Assembly: GCA_951406725.2 (NCBI GenBank)
Contig: OX597818.1
Span: 82,212,001-82,276,000, forward strand
DNA length: 64,000 nt
Direction of reading: 5' to 3'
Source: Octopus vulgaris
Taxonomy: Eukaryota
Position 1 is the first letter of the stretch. Every line of letters begins with the position of its first letter. Positions 28,579-40,868 of this stretch are shown here, in pieces. Position numbers and translations under genes: made by a program. Below the pieces are notes generated by a model. That model made no database searches and was not told where the DNA came from. It saw only the letters and a program-made list of their open reading frames with translations.

Positions 28579-29634
28579 ATTTAGAAGGAGTTATTTATGA
28601 AATAAATTGACCTAAGTATAGTATTAGAGGTTGGAAGCATAAGGCCTAATGGCGTCTTATTCAAAACATAATGTTATAATCTCAGTCACTTATATGCTAT
28701 GGAAACCGAGTAACTGGAACTCGAAACACTGTCTAACAGGAGTTGTAGTTGATAATATTAATAATGATGATGTTGGTGATATAATTTATCGACCCTGGAA
28801 TAAAAGAAGCCAAATCTAATATGAGCGGAATTTCAACATCAAACGTAAAGATATAGAAAAAAAATTTTTGGCCAAAATAACTCCACCGAAACTAGCTAAG
28901 TAAACTCACCATTCTAAAATTTGTTACCAATGAATGAAAGTTATTTTGCACCGCCGCTTTTCCTACATACCAACAAAGCCAGTACCCTACCCCCACAACC
29001 ACCACCTTCACACAACTAATCTGTTTCTTAATTTTGTTCACCTCCAGCATTTACTGATTCCTTAGACTGATTGGCAAAGATTTCATTCCAGTTCAGTCGC
29101 ACAGTCCACCTGATGATGAAATCTTCAAGTGGACTGTGATAATATACAATCCCTGTACGATTTACTATCGCAGACAAAATCAGTCTGCATAAAGATCAAC
29201 TTCGGATTTACTAACTTAACCTGACCTAATCTATAAAGGTAATTATCGGTATGTTTGGTGAAGTTAATATCACTGGTGTAATACGAGTTTCTGGTGTTGC
29301 TGGAGTAACTAATGTGGTATTGTTTGTGATTAATGTAGTTGAAATTGTTGATGTGATGGCTGATTTATTAATGTGGCGGTTTAGTGCAATTAGTGAGTTA
29401 GTGACCTGTACTAATAGTTCTAAATATTCGTTAATATCGCCTCTCTCTCTCTCTCCCTCTCTCTCTCATATCGGATAGATTATGTAAGTTGAGGGAGGCT
29501 TTCACGTTAGGCATGAGATATTTCAGATCAATCAATACGGAGAGAACACGCACATACATACACATATGTACATAGACACATATACACACACATATATACA
29601 CATATATACACACATATACACACCTACCCGTCCG

Positions 29635-29692
<58 letters not shown>

Positions 29693-30559
29693 GTGTGTGT
29701 TTGTGTATGTGTGCTTATAGATATTCATTAATTAATTAATGACAAAGGGACTGGAATCACATAATCAGCTTCATTGGTTTATAGCTTTTTCTGCAATAAG
29801 TCGCACCACACTCAGAATTGTATTACGTGTACATTTAATATAGCTTCCTCGGAGCCAATAGCGGGATATATCTATATGTGTGTGTGTTTGAATTTTAGGT
29901 GAGTTAAAATATGTCCGTAATATGCTTAAATTTATAAAGGCAAATTCACTGCAGTTACCGTGTGGGAAAAAATTCCCGTTTATGGCAAAAAGTCCAAAAA
30001 TATCATATCTACTCAGTGCTTCTCACTAGCGGTTATCCAGACGCGCTCTGCAGGCTTCATCTTGGGGAAATACTGAAAAGGGATAAGCCTGGGCAGATTC
30101 AAAGCCGTAGCTTTAATTTAAAAATTGTCAACATCATTAACTGAGTCGTGGTAGTAGACGGCCTTGTCAGAATAAAAATAGCGGTATCAGCAGGAAGCAG
30201 TGATGGGGAATAAACGAATTTTAGGTTTGTTAAAATGTGTTTGTGGCATATTTAACTTCTGAAGGAAAATTCATTTATTCCTCGTAACTACATGGCGCAG
30301 GTCACCCCCATAAACAGTGATATTTGTGTTTCTTTTTTGGTCTTTGACTTATTCTGTTTCATTCTTTCGGTATTTCCCAACAAGGAAGACTAAAGGGCTA
30401 GAAACACGCGTCTGAGCAACCGCTTGTGGGAAGCACTGGATAGATATGATGTTTGTACACCTTTTATCGTAAGAGGGAATTTTTTGTACACGCTAACCGC
30501 AGTGAATATGCCTTTAGAAATCAAAAGCTGAGGTGAACCGGCGTTTCATTCAGGAAATC

Positions 30560-31400
30560 TCAACCAATTATTCGTGATAGAAACCGGGTTAATTTCCGGC
30601 TTTATGAGTGTTAGAGCTCATGTCAAATCTAAGTTTAAATCTCTCTTTAACCCTTCCAATTCAATATTGCTGATCTTTTCTTCGACATGAATTTCTCCTA
30701 AGAACATATATTTTTTATGCATCTATTTTGACAAGTTCCGGACATACATTTCCATTCAACTCATTATATTCCTGTTCCTGACCCCAGCTGAACATACAGT
30801 TTTGTTTGTACTGGGTTGTAAATTTTTCTGTATTTTTTAATCTCAGATGTTTCAACTCCTATCTCACAGTTATTTTGCTCTTTCTGTTTATTTTTTCCCT
30901 GCTATATTTTCTAAATCACCATACATCCCTTGGGACCTCAGCTGATCATTTCTTTATCTTCGCAATAAATTTACATCAAATTTCAATATTCTTATGTCTC
31001 CTTTTATTCTCCACTTTCACTTTGGTTCTCGTTTTCTCATTCCCACTTGTGATATCTTTCAAACTTAATTCATTCATCACGTATATATTAGATATTTTTT
31101 TTATCAAATTATTTACTTTAGTTTATATTGCTTGTTTTCACATGATCGATGATACTTTTTACTTTTTATTTATGTTATTTCTTCTCTTCTACTTTAGCCC
31201 TATCAATATTCTGAAACGCCTTTCTGTCACCAAAATATTCCTTTTGCAAGATTTGAATAATTTTCCTCATTACTTCTTGGTCTTCTTTGCATCATGTTTT
31301 ATACATTACAGTAACCTAACAATATATTTCTTTCGTTTGCACCTCTAAGTCAGATTCTAACTGTTCGATTTCCTTGAAAATCATTCACACTTTCATTCAA
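30560..31400 (-). mobile_element. Decayed R4/Dong-like LINE N-terminal relic
   Basis: Lys/Glu-rich minus-strand fragments resembling the N-terminal region of the 34.85-36.97 kb element. Weak. Confidence 0.4.
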
Positions 31401-31492
31401 CTCTCACTTCTGCCTTCTATACAAGCGTCTGCTTTGAAAACTTACAACTAATTGTTTCAAATTCCAATTCAAATAAACCACCTGGAAAAAGC

Positions 31493-31790
31493 CAGTGTGT
31501 AGTTGTAAGCCTAAGAAATTTGCCTCCCAAAGACATGGCTCCAGGTTCAGACCCACGCTATTACATTTGGGGTAAATGTCTTATACTATAGCTTCGGGTC
31601 GACTTAGGGGCTGCGAATCAATTTTGCAGACGGAAACTGAAAGAAGCCTGTCGTATATGTGTGTGTGCGTGTGTGCGCTCGCACGCATGTGTTTGTATCT
31701 GTGTCTGTGCTTGTCTGTGTAAGTATTTATACCCCACCACGCTTAAAAACCGTTGTTCGTTTGTTTAACTTCCCATAACTTCATGATTCC
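31493..31790 (+). mobile_element. SINE family A, 3'-truncated
   Basis: GACGGAAACTGAAAGAAGCCTGTCGTATATGTG body motif. Confidence 0.75.
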
Positions 31791-31804
31791 AGGGCCATAC
31801 CGAA

Positions 31805-32015
31805 CTAATGCACTGCGCGCGAGTTTATTACCGAAATTATGTTTCTGGGATCCAGCTTTGAAGCCAGTATTTTTCTCACTCGCCGCAGGTACTCATTTTT
31901 TTTTGTCATTTCCGTCATGCCGTTGTGATTGATTCCGTCAGGTTCAAGTATTCCCAGGTATTTATAGAAGGGTTGAGGTTGAATTGCCTTCATCATTTCC
32001 CCACTTGACAACCAT
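31805..32015 (-). mobile_element. R4/Dong-like RLE-LINE RT fragment
   Basis: YKYLGILEPDGI...EYLRRVRKILASKLDPRNIISVINSRAV is characteristic of R4/Dong RT domains; it abuts (CTT)n(TTA)n. Confidence 0.8.
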
Positions 32016-32018
32016 GTG

Positions 32019-32271
<253 letters not shown>

Positions 32272-32754
32272 GAGTGAGAGAGCAGCGCATGCCATAAAAG
32301 TGACATTGGGTTATGAACATACAAATCCCAATAATGACTACCCGTCTAATAAGGGTACACCGGGCACATGCATCACAAACATATGTGAACAACACGGTGA
32401 CCTCATATCAAGATAAACGGCGCATGACCTTGCAGGTGGGGGCCATCCAGCACAAAAAGCTTCTGAACAATAGTTGTTGAAGGGGGTTGAACTAAACACC
32501 AATGTTTCCTAAGGCGAATTATTCAAACACCAATGAATTCCTTTCAACACATGGCTTACAAATTGACACTCCCCAATACTTCTGCCTATTATCAGAGATG
32601 CTCATATCGTCATGCTCAAATGGTTAAGCTCAAACAACTGACAAACAAATTTGTGGTATTTGCTGTAGACCATCATTTATACCAAGACAACACCTGTACA
32701 TGACACTTCCAGCTAGTTAAGATCAGAAGCAAAGAAAGATCCAGTGGTAGATAT

Positions 32755-32940
32755 GCATCATCATCATCATCATCATCATCACCAACACTATCATCATCAT
32801 CATCATCACCATCATCGTCATCATCATCATCGTCATCATCATCATCACTATCATCATCATCATGATGATGATCATCATGATCATGATCATGATCATCATC
32901 ATCATCATCGTCGTCATCATCATCATCGTCATCATCATCG

Positions 32941-32988
<48 letters not shown>

Positions 32989-32995
32989 CCAACAC

Positions 32996-33033
<38 letters not shown>

Positions 33034-33211
33034 ACACCATCACCAACACCATCATCATCACCACCACCATAGGCATCATCATCATCAACATCATCACCAA
33101 CACCATCATCATCATCACCACCACCATAGTCATCATCGTCATCATCATCATCGGCATCATCACCGTCATCATCATCATCACTATCACCATCATCATCATC
33201 ATCATCATCGA

Positions 33212-33245
<34 letters not shown>

Positions 33246-33884
33246 GTTGTCATCATCATTTCAACATTATTTGTTTTTTATTTATTTGTCGCAGATGTTT
33301 TATGGTATTGTTCTTCGTGTTGTTGCCGCGTATGTTGTTCTTGAATCTACTGCTGTTATTCCCCAAGATATTCTTGTAGATATTTTGTGGACATTTTGTG
33401 AATGTTGATGGTGTTGCTGCTATCATTGTTGCCGTCAGGGTTGTTGATGCTGTTGTTGTTGATATTAGTGCTCTTATTGTTTGCTATAGTTGTTAATTTT
33501 GTTGTTATTTTTGTGGCCGTTATTAATAACTACGTTGCTCCCAGTTATTAGTGCAATTTTCCAAGTACATTTCCTGCCAGCGACTAAGACACATGTTTAT
33601 GCGGTTGTTGTTTTTGTTGCTCTTGTTGTTGTTATTATTGTTGTCATGTTGTCGTCGATACGATGGAAATGGTGAAGATGATGATGATCATAATGATGAT
33701 GATGATGTTGATGATGATGATGATGTTGATGATGATGATGATGATGACGATGATGATGATGATGAAGATGATGATGATGATGACGATGATGACCACGACG
33801 ATGGCTGACGATGCTAAGGATCACGACGTCAATGATGAGGCCAACGAGAACATCAGTGATGAGGCTAAACGTTATGATGATAAC

Positions 33885-33923
<39 letters not shown>

Positions 33924-33924
33924 A

Positions 33925-33969
<45 letters not shown>

Positions 33970-34270
33970 GTGATGATGATGGCTACGACGACGACGGCGA
34001 AGATGATGAGGGTAAACATGATGATGATGACGAAGATGGTGATGACGATGACGACGGCAACGATAAATGATGATGATGAGGATTAGGACGTCGATGATGA
34101 TGACAGCGACGACGATGATAACGATGTTGATGAGGGTAAACATGATGATGATGATGATGATGATAATCATCATCATCGTCATTACGATCATCATCACCAT
34201 GACGATGTTGACGATGACGATGATTATGACGATGCAATGGTTGCAACAACGACGCCGACGACAATGACCA
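32755..34270. repeat. Imperfect (CAT)n array (32755-33258) and (GAT)n array (33670-34270) around a GTT-rich spacer
   Basis: Directly visible. Confidence 0.9.
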
Positions 34271-34289
34271 TGTACATAAAATGACGATT

Positions 34290-34761
34290 ACGGTTTGAGG
34301 CCATGCCGTTTTTGAAGCACTGACCTAATGGATTTTAGACGAATGAACCGGCCCCAGTACTTTTGAAAACCTGGTGCTTATTGAATCTTACTCATATTGC
34401 CGAACTGCTATGTTACGGGGACGTCAACAAACGATTACCTGTTCTTAAAGATTGGTGGGGATAGACACAAACGGATTGATGATATTGTTGACATGAAGTT
34501 TTACTTTTTATTTGTTTAAACTGCGGCCATGCTGGGGTCCGTCCTTTAAGGATTTTAAATCGAATGTATCGACCCTAGTATCCATTAATCATTTCAAGAC
34601 TGATACTCATTCTACCGTTCCCTTTTGTTGAACCGGTAAGTGACAAGCCCGTGAACATACCACTCCCGGTTGTCAAGCGGTGATGAGAGACAAACATAGA
34701 CACAAATACATACAGACATATACACACACGGACATACAGGCACTCACATAGACACCCCCCC

Positions 34762-34806
<45 letters not shown>

Positions 34807-34850
34807 ACGGGCTTCTTTCATTTTCCATCTTCAAATTCCACTCACAATCC
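34290..34850 (-). mobile_element. Two tandem SINE family A copies
   Basis: Reverse-complement tail motifs GGCCATGC at about 34299 and 34525; head motif GGGCTTCTTTCA..TTCCATCT at about 34810. Confidence 0.75.
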
Positions 34851-36975
34851 TTGCTATGTTGTCTTGACGTCTCTTATATTCTTTTTGCGGCTAGTGGTGT
34901 ACATTGACTGGTAATATGCCATACAGTTTCACTATTTTGTCCACAAATTCTGCACTTATTACATTCTGATGTGCTGTCTATTCTGAATTTGATGTAATTG
35001 GTTCTTAAGGCTTGCATTTAGGCAGCACAGATTGGAGCTTCCGTTCCGATTTTGAGTCACTTTTAATCATCAGTAGACATCTTTTACTCTGACTGCCTTA
35101 TCTTCAACTCCCTATGAAACTGAGGATGCATTCTTTCTTTATCCACATATTTTCAGTTCCATTCATACTCAAGTGCTTTTACAGTGCTTAATCTTTGCAA
35201 TCTTCCATCTTGCACAAGCCTGACCTTCTTGCTTACAATAATAGTGGATGCTTGGAATTTTTTACATATCATGTTATGTTGTTTTCTACTGCGCTAATGC
35301 TGTATTCGCATCTAATCAATCCTCTTCCTCACATTTTCTTGGTACATACAGTCTGTTTGTGTCACTTTTTGGGTGGAGTATCCCATAACTAAGCAATCTA
35401 AGCTGTTTTCTTCGTCCATGCAATTATTCCTGCTCCATATCTGAGGAGTGAAACCGTCCAGGAGTTGATCGCTTCAATCTTTTTCCGTTCGTTTTATTTC
35501 GACTTAAGTATCAGTCTCAGTCTGCGCGAGTACTCCACCTTCATTTTTCTGTCATTTCTTTCTTCATGAACTTATCCATTTCCAATATTCTCAAGTCCTA
35601 TAGCCCGTCTCTTCTATCTGCTTCATAACCCACCCGACGGTATGGCTAGCCCCTCCATACATCTAATTTTGCATCTCTTCAAGACTAACACACCAACTGT
35701 TTTCAGTCCGAACTCCATTCTGATATCAGCACTGAAAATATACACCGAAGCAACGTGGAAACTGACTTTGGATTCATCTTTACTATAAAGTCTGAAGTCA
35801 TCCATGAAAACAAGTGCTTGAATTTTTCTTGGTATCTCTGAATACATATGCAGCATTTGCTTTCCTCAGAATCAGTGTTAGTGGTATCATGCACAATACA
35901 AATATCAGTAGGGACAAGCATATTTCCTGTTCAGGAGACATATTTCCTGTCTAGTGCCGGTATTTTTGTTAGCTTTTAAGCACCCATTTCTCTTTTCGGT
36001 CTAACACAGAAATGTCCTTCGAGAGCATATATAACCCTGCATGTATTCTTCTTTTTCACCATAGATATTTTCTTTTGTCACTTCCATTATATTTATTTTT
36101 CTTGACATCAACACCCACATATTCTAATGAAACATTATTTGCTTCATTGATCAAATTATTTGTTTTTGTGATGTTGTTTATTCTGATATATTTCATTTGC
36201 ATTTTTCACCTCTTGGTTCAATTTCTACTGATGAAGCCTTTAAGGTTGCAAATAATGTTGCTATCGTTCTCCTGTAGCCTTGTCTTTATTCTGTCGTAGA
36301 TTGCCTTTTGCCTATCTGTCATGTCATCATTAGTTTTATTGTCTTCTTACAGACCATCTGTAGGTCTCTCATCAAGAAAGCTATGCCTGTTCCTTTCCTG
36401 TGTCTCATTAGAGATCTCACCTCTGTTTTCTGTTATGAGATTACTTTTATCAGCATGAACTCTATTTTCATCGTTTCCTCTGCTGTTGTTTTCCAATAAC
36501 CGTCTACTGATAGCAGCTTCAAGATCTGCTCCTGCGAACCAACGAATTTTTTCTTATTGCCCTAGCTTGATCACATAAACTCTACTCCGTGAGTTGAAAC
36601 AATACCCTTTCTCTCCATTGATCATACGTACGTTGTCGATATTCCCTAATATGAGCATCATTTTCATCTACGGGGATGCTCACGTAGTGACACTCTATGA
36701 CCACAGATTTGACTTGTTTGTTGCATCTACGCAGTGTGTGCTGGTCCATTGCTAGATAACGACAGGCTGGAGCCGGATCAGTGTCTCTGAGCCTGCTGGG
36801 TGCAACACTGTCACCATCAAGGGCTTCATTTTCATTGCCACCGTATATATTTTTTCTCACTTATATGATGTAGTGATTATCAGGTTGCGCAATTACCAGT
36901 GTTTTTTTTTGTGACACCATCACTAGATGTATCATCGATCAGGATATGGGAAGATTCCAACCGCTCCCTTTCATT
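34850..36975 (-). mobile_element. Internally deleted, decayed R4/Dong-like LINE
   Basis: N-terminal VVIECHYVSIP...REYRQRTYDQWRER..LTE; RT LVFMDDFRLYSK...FSADIRMEFGLK; EYSRRLRLILKSK...IEAINSWTVSLLRYGAGII. The 5' end lies next to a (TTA)-rich tract. Confidence 0.8.
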
Positions 36976-37039
36976 ATTATTATTATCATCACTGGTATTA
37001 TTATTTTCATTTTTCACTATTTGTCATTGTTAATATTTC

Positions 37040-37945
37040 CTCTGATCCGACATGATCGTAAAAGAGACTCTGGCGTCAATATATAAACTAGGGACTGTAC
37101 GAACGGTGACGATGCTGAGAGAGTCCTAGGATATAGAAATCAAGCGTAATACATCGGATGTAAAACAGCGAGGAAATGGAAAGCAGAAGCAGAAAATGAT
37201 GACTTATTGTCTTCCCTTAAACACCGAGATATGGCGAAAGCAAAGCAAATTCATCGGAAAGGACTTGGGATATGGCGTAGGTTGGTTCAGACCGTTTGCA
37301 AGCATGATGCAGAGCGAACGCAGATATTTTGTTACAAACAGCGTCAAAGCGAGGGAAACAGAAAGAAGAGTTTTTAATTTAATCCACTATGTTCAACAAG
37401 GACAGATAACGAAATGGGTGGAAAACGTTGTTGAGAGAAAAATAAGCTGGAATGGTATATGGACGGGGACAACATCACGGCTAAGTTTTCTGATTCGTTC
37501 ATCCCACGATATGTTGCCATCGCCTTCAAATGTAATGGGATGGAACGCCTCAGAAAATTATATATGCAGATGTCGAAAAGTCGGAAGACTGAAACATATT
37601 GATTCCAGCTGTTCACTGCCATTGAATAGGTACACATGGAGACACGATATAGTCGTAAAGGTTTTATTCAAAGAACCACATTGCTCTCATAAATAGAGGC
37701 AAGTAACAGCATTGAAAGAACCAACCATTCATTACCTTCGTAGGCTCAGGACAGCAAATCCTTTTCAGGAAGAAGAAGAAACTCCTTGTGAGCGATGAAA
37801 ACTGGAATGGCTATTGGGGGTGACTGCGGATTTACAGGGTGTCAAGCATTCTTTCCCTTCCCAATTACGAAGAAAACGGATATCATAATATGGTGTGAAT
37901 TTGGTAAATGTAGTCGAGTTAACGGTTTCGCATAAAGCTAATTGT
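37040..37945 (+). mobile_element. HERO/NeSL-like RLE-LINE C-terminal fragment
   Basis: QGQITKW...RKISWNGIW...RLSFLIRSSHDMLPSPSN...C.C....LKHI.S.C...RYTWRH (CCHC region), then a decayed DIIIW/VELTV endonuclease segment. Confidence 0.8.
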
Positions 37946-38137
37946 CATTAAAACTTTCGTGTTAGTACTAGGCTCTGGATCTTATCTATAAGCGTAGACA
38001 GTTTGAGAGAGCACCGCTTTTATAATTATAAACAAATAAATGCAGTCAAACGAGATAAAGAATCAAACGAAAAAATAATATCCAGCCCTATTTTTTCCGT
38101 GGAAGTTATATATTTGTTTAATGCTCTGGGGTGGAGG

Positions 38138-38220
<83 letters not shown>

Positions 38221-38260
38221 TTTATGAAAGAATGGAGTTGAACGACTTGTTAACAAATTT

Positions 38261-38350
38261 CCTTTATTTTCGACATATGTTTCGAAGGCTGCATATTCCT
38301 AATTCCGAAGGAATAAGGAGTACATTATGCAGATTTCTCATCAGGAAAGG
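38261..38350 (-). ncRNA. Minimal type-I hammerhead ribozyme in the PLE 3' pLTR
   Basis: Minus strand CCTTTC-CTGATGA-[long stem II]-GAAA-CATATG-TC-GAAAATAAAGG: complete catalytic core, palindromic stem III (ACATATGT) and GUC cleavage triplet. Confidence 0.85.
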
Positions 38351-38908
38351 CAAGGAACTTATGTCGACATCTAAATGCACAAAAAGCTTTTAGCTGACTG
38401 CTCTCAAGGAGCCCATGGCGATAATGATTGTCTGTTTATAAGGAGTGACGTCAGAGTGGCTGAATGTAGAAGAATCTAGAAGGATCTAAAGGTTCAAGGG
38501 TTCAAACGAAGTAGGAGGAAGAAGGCATAAGAATAGTAAGGTGAGAGGGTGCAGGTCAAAAGAATGGTGGGTTTAATCGATTTCTTTTATGAATGAGTGC
38601 CTGTGTGTGTGACTGTATATAACTGTCATAATGTGTGTATGTGTGTGTGTGTGAATGCGTGATTGTGTTTGTGGATGGGTAGATGTCAGAAAACTGACAG
38701 CTGTGAGATGAGAGGTCTGTGTCTGTGTGTTCGATTGTGTTTGCTGTAGAGAAAGGGAAGTAGAGAGAGAAAGGGGGGAAGAGTCGGGCGAGGTGAGAGG
38801 CAACGCTGGAATGGGTAGTAGTTCTTGGAATTATAAGAAAATCTTTTGACTATTGGAGTGAAATATAACAAAACTTTTTGGAAATCGAGGGGTTATCTAT
38901 ATTAGTCA

Positions 38909-40725
38909 CTATTCATATGAGTGAAAGGTGTGTCGTTTCCAGTGTAAACACCTGTAGGACCTTTCGACGATTGTATTTATTAAAGGCACTTAGGCGAACA
39001 AAATATGAAAAAGTTCGGAATTACAGATGCCACAAAATTTTCTGCCCTTATCAAACGGGAAGGACACCGACAAAATGGACCATTCCAGCTTGAAAGTAGT
39101 ATTATTGTTCTTCAGACGCCAGACTAATTTGCTTAGCCCCGTGCTGTGTTGCTTTCTCTTATTTCTGAAAGTAGAATAATGGTTGGAGATCCTTTTGGCT
39201 AATTTAGAAGAGGTTGCGCCAATGTAGAAGTAGACATCGGCTCCAGAAGTAATTTTGCACTGGTAAGTGGTGTTTCTAATTTTGGAATTTTGGGATAAGA
39301 ACTTTAATCTGTTGGGGTTGGTTTCCGATACTAAGACAGAGTTTTTATTGTTGTGATAGGTGTAAAAATTGTTGCTGGCTTTGGCCATGATACTATTCAT
39401 CTTATTATCATTACTATTAGTTGTAATATCGTCGGCATATTCCCTGGCTATAGGAATGCTGCGATTGTTATCATCAATAATATAACTGTTATTAAGAATG
39501 CTGTTACTATTACCACTAACACCACCACTGTTAATAATCTGGTTAATGTTATTATCATTATTACTATTGCTAACGCCAATACTGCTATGAATGTTGCTAA
39601 TATCCATATTACTTCTATTATTATTATTATTGTATGTTACGTTGGAATAGGTAAGGGCGGTGTCGCTACTCATGGGTGATGAGACCTTATTTAGCAGCTT
39701 ATTATTGTGGGAGGCTATTATCTGCGATAGATTTTTAGTATTTGAGAATGCAATCCTTACTTTATGCGAATTTATAGTGGAGTAATATCTAGAATTCCTA
39801 GGAAAGTTCTTAGCTACAGCTTCACGGAATTGTAAAGGGAGGTTAGACCTGATTTGTTTTCCGAATGGAATCACAAACCAGATATAGTTTTTTTTGTTCT
39901 TGGAATGGCTCAGAGTGTTAACATTTACATTAAGGGGCGTATTTCTGTGTAGTAGAATGGGTTTTCGTTTACGATGGCCTCTCCTGGTCCGAAAATTATT
40001 TTTGTTAAATATATTAGTGTCGACATTGCTAGAGCTGAAATCACTAATTATGTTATTTATATTATTATTAGTAGTTATCTTATCTTGATGGGTAAATATT
40101 AGTTTAGGATGGGCCGGATCGATATATGATACCTTATCCCTATAACCGGCCTTTGACAAGGCGGCGTTATAAAATTCCGCTTTTTGTTTAAAAATGTCGA
40201 CATTTGCAGATAAATTTGATAGTCTTAAGGATATATTTTAAACCAAATTATCGGTGATAGTTTTTGCATGGTTACTGAAATTACTGACATATTTTAGGTT
40301 CGTAGACAGCTTATGGTAAGGGAAGTAAGAACTAGTATGCAGATTTAGGGTAACATCTAAGAAATTGGCCTTAGTTAGTTCGTTGTCAAAAACTATACTC
40401 ATGCCCATCCTGCTGAAAAATCTAGCTAATCTATTTTTAGTCTTCTGTATCCTACTGTTCGGGGCATTCTGTAGGTAAAAAAGACAATCGTCTCGATACA
40501 GACCGCCGCAGATGTCCGGGAATTGATCGGCTAATTCATAGAGAATATAAATTCCGACCAAATCGTCTATCTGGGCGCTATCTGAGCTTCCCATTGGCAC
40601 ATCGAACGCGTTGGGAGTATCCTTACGGACCCATAACTTATCATCGAACTGTATGAAGGATTTTCTAGCGGCTGGAATTATATTAATTTCATCCCTTGTG
40701 AGGCCTGCCTTATTATGTGCGTGCC
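38909..40725 (-). pseudogene. PLE RT-GIY-YIG polyprotein; single reading frame broken by two TAA stops
   Basis: FDVPMGSSDSAQIDDLVGIYIL, GGLYRDDCL, NFLDVTLNL, YVSNFSNH, then NTTYQC...YFYIGATS..LAKRISNH, STGLSKLVW, CGICNSE, and LIN...RCLH after the second stop. ORFs 40238-40897 and 38990-40159 are in the same frame (DNLV*NISLRLS); stops at 40238-40240 and 38990-38992. Confidence 0.9.
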
Positions 40726-40778
40726 ATTTTGATGTCGACATTATGTGCGTGCATTTTGATGTCGACATAAGTTCCTTG

Positions 40779-40868
40779 CCTTTCCTGATGAGAAATATGC
40801 ATAATGTACTCCTTACTCCTTCGGAATTAGGAATATTCAGCCTTCGAAACATATGTCGAAAATAAAGG
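40779..40868 (+). ncRNA. Second hammerhead copy in the inverted pLTR
   Basis: CTGATGA at 40785-40791, GAAA at 40846-40849, GTC at 40855-40857; three substitutions in stem II relative to the other copy. Confidence 0.8.

Noticed and set aside
30374-30432. Hairpin containing GAAACACGCGTC (hammerhead stem III-like)
   Set aside because: It lacks the CUGANGA core (AGGAAGA instead).
30806-31348. 180-aa hydrophobic plus-strand ORF
   Set aside because: It is the antisense of an A-rich decayed LINE segment, not a membrane protein.
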